DNA of 64,000 nucleotides from Opitutales bacterium (GTDB lineage: Bacteria > Verrucomicrobiota > Verrucomicrobiia > Opitutales > UBA2987). The position numbers were made by a program, and so were the translations under genes. Each line of letters starts with the position of its first letter. The stretch's first letter is position 1. Under the pieces are notes generated by a model. The model searched no databases. It saw nothing but the letters and a program-made list of their open reading frames with translations, and was not told the origin of the DNA. The stretch lies in NCBI GenBank assembly GCA_965226885.1, contig CBDDEL010000016.1:352001-416000 (forward strand), written 5' to 3'. Below, in pieces: positions 56,954-64,000 of this stretch.

Positions 56954-58286
56954 TGAAGTGGACGGGGTTGTTTGGACAATTTTGACGTGGGATTAAGGTG
57001 GAAATCGTGTTCATATTATTTTTTAAAAATATATTTTGTCCTTAGCCAAAGACGGGCACGCAGGTGCCCGCAAGCTGTATTGGCGGGGAGGTTGGTTTTG
57101 CTCCGATTGCATGGACTTCGGCCGGGGTCCGGTAGCCCAGGGCTTGGTGGGGGCGCAGGTGGTTGTAGAAGTCCAGGTAGCGGGCTATCCCTTCGCTGGC
57201 TTCCTTTGCCGTGGCGTATTCGCGCAGGTAAATGTCTTCATACTTGAGGGTTCTCCAAAAGCGTTCAACAAATATGTTGTCCAGGTAGCGGCCACGCCCG
57301 TCCATGCTGATGCGCACCCCGGCTTGCCCCAGCACCGAGGTGAACTCGCTGCCGGTAAACTGGCTGCCTTGATCGGTGTTGAAGATTTGAGGTTGGGCCC
57401 GCCTCAGAGCTTCCTCCAGGGCGAGCACACAGAAGCGGCTCTCCAGGGTGTTGGAAAGCTGCCAGCTCAACACGTAGCGGCTGAACCAGTCCAACACCAC
57501 GGTCAAGAAAAGGAATCCTCGGCTCAGCCGCAGGTAAGTGATGTCGCTGCACCATACCTGGTCGGGCCGCTCGACCGCCAAACCCCGCAGCAGATAAGGG
57601 AAAATGCGGTGCTGCCGGTGCCCCTGGCTCAAGTTTCGACGCGGATAAATAGCCTCCAGGCCCATTTGGCGCATGAGCCGCTGGATGCGGCCTCGTCCCA
57701 CTGCATGGCCCTCTCGACGCAGCCACTGGGTCATCCGGCGAGAACCAAAAAACGGATATTGGGTGTAGAGCTCATCCATGCGATGCATGTAGAGAACGTT
57801 CTGCTCGCACTGGGCACGGGCCCGATAGTAATAGCTGCCGCGGGCCAGCCCCAGCAACTGACATTGCCTGCCGATACTGATTTTTCCTTGAAGTGGTTGC
57901 ACCATCTTGCGCCTCTCACCAACCGAATTGTTCAGACTTTTTTTTTAGCCAATCGCATTCTACTTTCAGCTTTCCAATCTCCTGGTAAAGGTGATCTTTT
58001 TCCGTCTCGTTGTCCTTGCTGAGAGTCTGCCGCTGGCGCGAAAACAGCTCCGTTGCTCCCTGCAAAAGCTGCTTCTTCCATTGGGTCACCTGGTTGGGAT
58101 GCACCTCAAAACGACCGGCGATCTCGTTGATGGTATGAGCGCCCCTGATGGCTTCCAGGGCCACTCGGGCTTTAAACTCAGCACTGTATTGTCTTCTCTT
58201 TCGTGATTTAATAACATTCATAGGTTAGCGGATTTAGTGGTTCAAGACCACCTTATTCCACTGTCCAGTTTTCCCCGTCCATTTCA
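56954..58286 (-). mobile_element. IS3-family element B, copy 2
   Basis: TSD TTG; orfA 57916-58221, orfB 57042-57905. Confidence 0.95.
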
Positions 58287-58525
58287 TTGATGATTCCAAT
58301 ATGGACCTTCAGTTTACCGTCGCGAACCAGGCTGAGGAGGTTTTCTCCGGCATGGGCCAACTTTTCCAGCTTGCTAAAGGATAAAAAACCGCTCGTACCC
58401 TTAATGGTATGAACAGTGCGGAAAATACTGGCGATGGTTTCTTTCGATTCGGGGTCCTTTTCCAGAACAACCAAATCTCTGTCTAGTTGATCGAGGCCTT
58501 CAGTGCTCTCAATCATAAATTCCTG

Positions 58526-59327
58526 GGTAGTGTATAAAAAAAGAATGTTATTTTGTATTTTTAGCTGTACAAATAGCGTTAGGCAGTTTATTCTTAGTGC
58601 ATGGTTACTAAAATTATTAATTGTCGGCACTGTGGAGGTGAAAATATCATTAAATTTGGCAAGACGCCCAACCATAAACAGCGCTACCGCTGCCATGATT
58701 GTGGTAAACAAAGCCGCGAAAACCCCACAGTGAAATACACCGAAGAGCAAAAAGAAATGATCCTTCGAGTCTATCAGGAACGCAGCAGTCTACGCGGTTT
58801 ACAGCGCGCCTTCGGGGTGAGTCCCAACACCGTTTTGAGTTGGTTAAAAAAAACGACAATCGCTGCGACCGCTCAAAAGCACGATTCTTGCGGCCCGCCG
58901 CCATGATGTCATTGAACTGGACGAACTGTGGTCTTTTGTGGGGCGCAAGAGCGATGCCCAATGGGTTTGGATCGCTCTTTGCCGACGCACCCGTCAAATC
59001 CTCTCCTATGCCATTGGGCCTCGGGATTGGTATCGTTGCCGGGAACTTTACGAGCGTCTGCCACGGGCCTACAAAAGATGTGCCACCTACAGCGACTTTT
59101 GGAGCACTTATGATGAAGTCTTTCCTCATAACCGATCCGTGGGAAAAGAAACCGGTGAAACGGCCCATGTGGAACGATGGAACAATACCCTGCGCCAACG
59201 ACTGGGTCGTTTCACACGCAAAACCCTCTCCTTTTCCAAGCTTAAGAGTATGCATGAAACCTGTCTGAGACTTTTCATTCATCAATATAATCAAGAATTA
59301 GCCACCATTCCTACTTAATACACTACC
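58526..59327 (+). mobile_element. IS1-family element A (802 bp)
   Basis: TSD AATTCCTG; insA 58601-58906, insB frame ending 59318. Confidence 0.95.
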
Positions 59328-59446
59328 AATTCCTGAATGATATCGTCAAAATCTTCGTCCATTTTTTTTGAGAATTTTAATTATTAATGTGCGTTGACGC
59401 TATGACGTGTGCGAAAACCGGCCGCCACTTATGGCGAATGGAATTG

Positions 59447-59473
59447 ATATCGGAATAGGATCGTTTTACTTTA
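59447..59473 (-). promoter_or_regulatory. Putative sigma-28 (FliA) promoter of the che operon
   Basis: Minus strand TAAA-N15-TCCGATAT versus consensus TAAA-N15-GCCGATAA, about 85 bp upstream of cheA. Confidence 0.65.
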
Positions 59474-59613
59474 AAAAAACTTTACCCATAGTCTCTGCGC
59501 ATTTCTAAGCGCCGAAGATTTCCCGGAAATTGACGAACCAGTGGGGAGGAACTTATGCGCCCCACGGCTAACCGGCAATAATCGCATCAGGCCATGCCTA
59601 TGGCCCGAAAAAT

Positions 59614-60489
59614 TTACCCGCAATAGACTTTCAACAAAGTGTCGGCAATGACCGAAGGGGTTTCCGCAACGGCGATGCCGGCCTCATTGAAGGCCGCGAT
59701 CTTTGCCTCCGCGGTGCCGCTGCCACCCGACACGATGGCCCCGGCATGGCCCATCCGCCTGCCCGCGGGTGCCGTCATTCCGGCAATAAAAGCGGCCACT
59801 GGTTTGTCCACGTGTTCCTTGATGTAGGCGGCCGCTTCTTCTTCTGCCGAGCCGCCAATTTCTCCAATTAAGATAATGGCCTCGGTATCCGGATCGGCGT
59901 TAAAGAGTTTCACTGCATCCAGGTGGGTGGTCCCGATTATGGGGTCGCCCCCGATGCCGATGCAGGTGCTCTGGCCGTGACCTCTCACGGTTAGCTGCCA
60001 GACGGCCTCATAAGTCAGTGTGCCGGAACGTGAAATGACCCCGACTTTGCCCGGTTTGTGAATGTAGCCCGGCATGATTCCCATTTTGCACTCGCCCGGA
60101 GTGATGATTCCCGGGCAGTTTGGCCCGATCAGCGCGGTGGAACTATCCTCTAGAGCTTGGTTCACCTGCACCATGTCTTTTGTCGGAATTCCTTCCGTGA
60201 TACAGACGACGACGCCCAAACCGGCATCAACGGCTTCCAGAATGGAATCCGCGGCGTAGGGCGGCGGCACGAACACGACGGACGCATTGGCGCCGGTCTC
60301 CGCCACGGCCTCACGCACACTGTTGAATATGGGCACTTTTTCATCAAAAACCCGCCCCCCCTTGCCCGGGGTCACCCCGGCCACGATTTGGGTGCCGTAA
60401 TCGAGGCATTGGCGGGCGTGAAAAGAGCCGTTTTTTCCCGTGATTCCCTGCACCACCACGCGGGTATTTTTATCAACCAGAACACTCAT
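59614..60489 (-). CDS. sucD: Succinyl-CoA synthetase alpha subunit
   Basis: [21 protein letters not shown] and MGHAGA motifs. Confidence 0.97.
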   Translation of the reverse strand: MSVLVDKNTRVVVQGITGKNGSFHARQCLDYGTQIVAGVTPGKGGRVFDEKVPIFNSVREAVAETGANASVVFVPPPYAADSILEAVDAGLGVVVCITEGIPTKDMVQVNQALEDSSTALIGPNCPGIITPGECKMGIMPGYIHKPGKVGVISRSGTLTYEAVWQLTVRGHGQSTCIGIGGDPIIGTTHLDAVKLFNADPDTEAIILIGEIGGSAEEEAAAYIKEHVDKPVAAFIAGMTAPAGRRMGHAGAIVSGGSGTAEAKIAAFNEAGIAVAETPSVIADTLLKVYCG

Positions 60490-60526
60490 TTTTTAAAATT
60501 TAGGATGGAAGAAAATAATGACTCAC

Positions 60527-61714
60527 TTATTTGGCCGAGGCCAACCGGACGATTTTTTGGGCCGCCTCACCCAGGCTGTCAGCAGAGGTAATGGCCAGGC
60601 CGCTCTCGGCAAGCAGTTCCTTGCCCTTTTCCACGTTAGTGCCCTCCAGACGGACGACCAGGGGAACTTCGATATGGACCGATTTGGCGGCCCCTATGAT
60701 GCCTGCCGCAATCACATCGCACTTCATGATTCCGCCGAAAATATTGACCAGGATGCCTTCCACCTTGGGATCGCTGAGGATGATCTTGAAAGCCTGCACA
60801 ACCTGCTTCTTGGTGGCGCCGCCGCCCACATCGAGGAAATTGGCCGGGTTGCCGCCATAATGCTTGATGATGTCCATTGTGGCCATGGCCAGCCCGGCCC
60901 CGTTCACCATGCAGGCGATATTGCCATCCAGCGCTATGTAGTTGAGAGAATGCAGGGAAGCCTCGACCTCCTTCGGGTCCTCTTCGTTCAAGTCGCGCAA
61001 GGCAGCCACCTCCTTCTGGCGGAAAAGTGCGTTGTCATCGAAACCCATTTTGGCATCGAGGGCTTCCACATTGCCATCCTCCGTCAGGATTAGCGGATTG
61101 ATTTCCACCATGCTGGCGTCTTTTTCATCAAAAAGCCGGTAGAGGCACATGACGATTTTGACCGCCTGCCGGAAGGCCTTACCTTTGAATCCAAGACCGA
61201 GGGCAACCTGTCTGGCCTGAAAAGGCATCAGGCCGAAGCTGGGATCAATCGACACTCGCGTAATTTTTTCCGGCGTTTCGGCCGCCACCTTTTCAATATC
61301 GACCCCGCCTTCGGTGGAAGCCACGATGACAGGACGGGCGGTGGCCCGATCGATGAGAATGGCCAGGTAATATTCCTTCTCAATCCGGCTCGCCTCGGTA
61401 AAATAGACGGTTTGGACTTTCCGTCCGGAGGGACCCGTTTGATGGGTGACGAGTGTGTTGCCCAACATGCGGCCGGCGGCTTCACGGGCCTCCTCTTTAC
61501 CGCTCAGAACTTTAACCCCGCCCTTATAACCATCGGTAAAAACCCCTTTGCCGCGCCCCCCGGCATGGATTTGCGATTTTACCACCACAGGGCTGTCAGG
61601 CAACGAGGCCAGGGCCGCTTCAAACTCCTCCGCGCTTTTCGCAATTTGTCCATTGGGCGCGGGAATCCCATATTGCCGAAATAGATCCTGGGCCTGGTAT
61701 TCGTGAATATTCAT
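60527..61714 (-). CDS. sucC: Succinyl-CoA synthetase beta subunit
   Basis: [23 protein letters not shown] and NFLDVGG motifs. Confidence 0.97.
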   Translation of the reverse strand: MNIHEYQAQDLFRQYGIPAPNGQIAKSAEEFEAALASLPDSPVVVKSQIHAGGRGKGVFTDGYKGGVKVLSGKEEAREAAGRMLGNTLVTHQTGPSGRKVQTVYFTEASRIEKEYYLAILIDRATARPVIVASTEGGVDIEKVAAETPEKITRVSIDPSFGLMPFQARQVALGLGFKGKAFRQAVKIVMCLYRLFDEKDASMVEINPLILTEDGNVEALDAKMGFDDNALFRQKEVAALRDLNEEDPKEVEASLHSLNYIALDGNIACMVNGAGLAMATMDIIKHYGGNPANFLDVGGGATKKQVVQAFKIILSDPKVEGILVNIFGGIMKCDVIAAGIIGAAKSVHIEVPLVVRLEGTNVEKGKELLAESGLAITSADSLGEAAQKIVRLASAK

Positions 61715-61733
61715 AAGTCTATAACGGTAAAAA

Positions 61734-62486
61734 TCAGTCTTTTGATACAATTGAGTCTTCTATCACCTGATTTTGCAAAATCGTCAATTCGGCGATTCCC
61801 TTTCGGGCCAGATCGAGAAGGGAGTCAAGTTCCTCCCGGGAAAAGGAGGCTTCCTCCCCCGAGCCCTGCACTTCCACAAATTGGCCGGAACCGGTCATGA
61901 CTATATTGAAATCGGCCGCCGCGTCCCGATCCTCCACATATTCGAGATCCAGCATTTCCCGGCCCCGGTAAATGCCTGCGCTGATAGCCGCCACCGAGTC
62001 GGTAAAGGGATTTTCCGCCAATTTCCCTTCGGCCATAAGTTTGTCCACCGCCAGGCGGGCCGCCACATAAGCGCCCGTGATGGCGGCCGTGCGGGTGCCG
62101 CCGTCGGCCTGTAGAACATCGCAATCGATCCACAGGCTCATGCCGGGCAGTTTCCTCAGATTGGCCACGGCCCTCAGAGAACGTCCAATGAGGCGCTGGA
62201 TTTCCATCGAACGGCCCTCGACCTTCCCCCGTGTGCTGTCCCGCATTTTACGATCCAGGGTGCTGTAGGGCAGCATGGAGTATTCAGCCGTTATCCAGCC
62301 GCCGGGAATGCCTTGCTGGAGCATCCAGCGGGGCGCTTTTTTATCTACGGTGGCGGCGCAAATCACCTTGGTTTTGCCGAATGAAGCCAAAACGGAACCG
62401 CTGGCATGGGGTGCGATTCCGGGCGTGAGCTTTATTTCCCTTAACTGGTCAAGGCTGCGATTGTGGGTTCTACTGAATTGAGGCAT
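61734..62486 (-). CDS. rph: Ribonuclease PH
   Basis: [17 protein letters not shown] and QADGGTRTA motifs. Confidence 0.96.
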   Translation of the reverse strand: MPQFSRTHNRSLDQLREIKLTPGIAPHASGSVLASFGKTKVICAATVDKKAPRWMLQQGIPGGWITAEYSMLPYSTLDRKMRDSTRGKVEGRSMEIQRLIGRSLRAVANLRKLPGMSLWIDCDVLQADGGTRTAAITGAYVAARLAVDKLMAEGKLAENPFTDSVAAISAGIYRGREMLDLEYVEDRDAAADFNIVMTGSGQFVEVQGSGEEASFSREELDSLLDLARKGIAELTILQNQVIEDSIVSKD

Positions 62487-62529
62487 GGCTTTTAGAGATT
62501 GGACAAAAGGCAGTAATTCAACCTAAAGA

Positions 62530-64000
62530 TCAAGACCTTTCAGCCAATTCTTCGGCATCTTCCGGTTCCTTCCATTTGCCGTATTCCTTGATTAATCCGA
62601 TCAACTCATCGACCGCCCGGTCTTCGGGAATGTGGAATTTGACGCATTGCTTGCCGCAGTAGAGGTTAACCTTGCCCGGCGCACCGCCCACATAGCCAAA
62701 GTCCGCATCGGCCATTTCACCGGGCCCATTGACGATACAGCCCATAATCGCGATGGTGACGCCTTTGAGGTGGTTGGTCCTTTGCCGGATTTTTTGAGTA
62801 GTGCTCTGCAAATCGAACAAAGTGCGCCCGCAACTGGGGCAGGCCACGTATTCGGTTTTGGAAATGCGCGCCCGCGCCCCTTGCAGCATATTGTATCCCA
62901 GAGCGGTGGCTCTGGCCAAATCGGCCTCGTTTTCAACGCTTATCAAATCGCCGATCCCATCGCAGAGCAAACTTCCCGATAAAATGGAAGCCTCCAGCAA
63001 ACGATTGCCGAAATAATTCCGGTAATCGACGCAGTTGTCTCTGTTACAGCGTATCCAGATGGGCGCAGGAAGATTCAAATCATTGAGAACCTGGGCCAGC
63101 AAACGGTAACAGCCAATCGGATGGATGTTTTTTGCAGGTTTCGAAAGAGTGAAAATCAATGCGGTCTCTCCCAGTGCTTTCAGGGTCGGACCCATCATGG
63201 CAAAAACCTCCGCATCGATGTCGAGGGCCGCGATCAGTCCTTTTTCCCGGGTAAAACCAACGAATTCTTCCAAACGGCTCTCCTCATCCGCCGTGAATCG
63301 GCGCAGGACAACCCATCCCGTCTCCGGTCGCCAGGGGAAATTGCGCAGAGGGTCGAAATCGAATCCTGAATCCAGTTCAACCACGAAAAACGGAACCTCG
63401 CCGCCCAGTTCCGATTGCAAATTTGAAAGGTATTCCAACTCCTCCGGTTTTTCCAATTTAACCATGAGTCCTTCCAGTTTGGCGTCCCGAAGCCGCGCTC
63501 CCACACTTCTGACACCCGCCCCGATATTCTTCCATTGGTGCAGCGGCTGTTGCGCCGCCACAATCACTCTCGGCGGTTCCCTTTCTGCCGCCGGGCATCC
63601 CGGCCCCAACAACAAAGGCACACTAGGCCGCCGGGCGTATTGGTAAAGATCGATAGCTTCCTTGACGACTTTCGTTGCCGGTGAGCCATCGCTCTTTTCC
63701 CACAGGCCCATGGCTTTTTCCGCCAATTCCATGGCCACCGGAATTTCCGCCACCGGGTCTTCCGTCAGGGAAACCCGTATGGTGTCCCCTAGGCCGTCGA
63801 AAAGCAGGCTGCCGATGCCGATTGCGCTTTTGATGCGGGCATCCTCCCCGTCCCCCGCCTCGGTCACCCCCAAATGCAGGGGATAGGCCATGCCCTCTTC
63901 ACTCATGCGAGCCACGACCAGCCTATAAGCCTCGATCATTACCTTGGGATTGCTCGCTTTCAAAGAGAGCACGATATCCCCAAATCCGTGGGACTCACAG
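62530..64000 (-). CDS. ispG: HMBPP synthase IspG, long (inserted-domain) type; 5' end outside window
   Basis: PLHLGVTEAG, GDTIRVSLTE, CPSCGR and MGCIVNGPGE motifs. Confidence 0.95.
   Translation of the reverse strand, partial: CESHGFGDIVLSLKASNPKVMIEAYRLVVARMSEEGMAYPLHLGVTEAGDGEDARIKSAIGIGSLLFDGLGDTIRVSLTEDPVAEIPVAMELAEKAMGLWEKSDGSPATKVVKEAIDLYQYARRPSVPLLLGPGCPAAEREPPRVIVAAQQPLHQWKNIGAGVRSVGARLRDAKLEGLMVKLEKPEELEYLSNLQSELGGEVPFFVVELDSGFDFDPLRNFPWRPETGWVVLRRFTADEESRLEEFVGFTREKGLIAALDIDAEVFAMMGPTLKALGETALIFTLSKPAKNIHPIGCYRLLAQVLNDLNLPAPIWIRCNRDNCVDYRNYFGNRLLEASILSGSLLCDGIGDLISVENEADLARATALGYNMLQGARARISKTEYVACPSCGRTLFDLQSTTQKIRQRTNHLKGVTIAIMGCIVNGPGEMADADFGYVGGAPGKVNLYCGKQCVKFHIPEDRAVDELIGLIKEYGKWKEPEDAEELAERS

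Larger units (their letters stand above)
53362..59362 (-). pseudogene. cheA: Chemotaxis histidine kinase CheA (Hpt, kinase, two CheW domains) hit by three IS and a 13-bp duplication
   Basis: MDEDFDDIIQ|EF..FRTVHTIKG, HIVRNSADHGIE and SGRGVGMDVV; GCTTCCTCATCTA duplicated at 55166-55191. Confidence 0.93.

Overview
Chromosomal window from a bacterium that looks like Verrucomicrobiota/Opitutae (inferred from the Trp-rich C-terminal domain on secreted proteins and the long IspG; not proven). About 27.8 kb (~43%, my sum of element coordinates) is insertion sequence: 21 copies of 8 element types (IS1380 x6, IS1-A x5, IS1-B x1, IS21 x2, IS3-A x3, IS3-B x2, IS630 x1, ISNCY/IS5-like x1), often nested. 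Housekeeping blocks (bshA/bshB, cstA, rpsP-trmD-rplS, ychF, sucCD, rph, ispG) are untouched. The chemotaxis operon and two of three surface-protein genes are destroyed. Removing the IS layer reveals the main finding: three copies of a conserved attI-like site (consensus GTRGRCGCTGCCTRNAATAT|GTTRRRY) at 3815-3841(-), 8068-8094 and 16774-16800. Each is followed directly by one or two integron-type gene cassettes ending in attC or attC-like sites, and there is no integrase gene in the window. Other points: a recurrent 9-31 bp tandem-duplication/microhomology-deletion signature, a shared ~110-aa C-terminal domain plus 3' flank on two unrelated secreted proteins, a mosaic of 7-9 bp periodic repeats, an orphan phage-like membrane gene and tRNA-Tyr.
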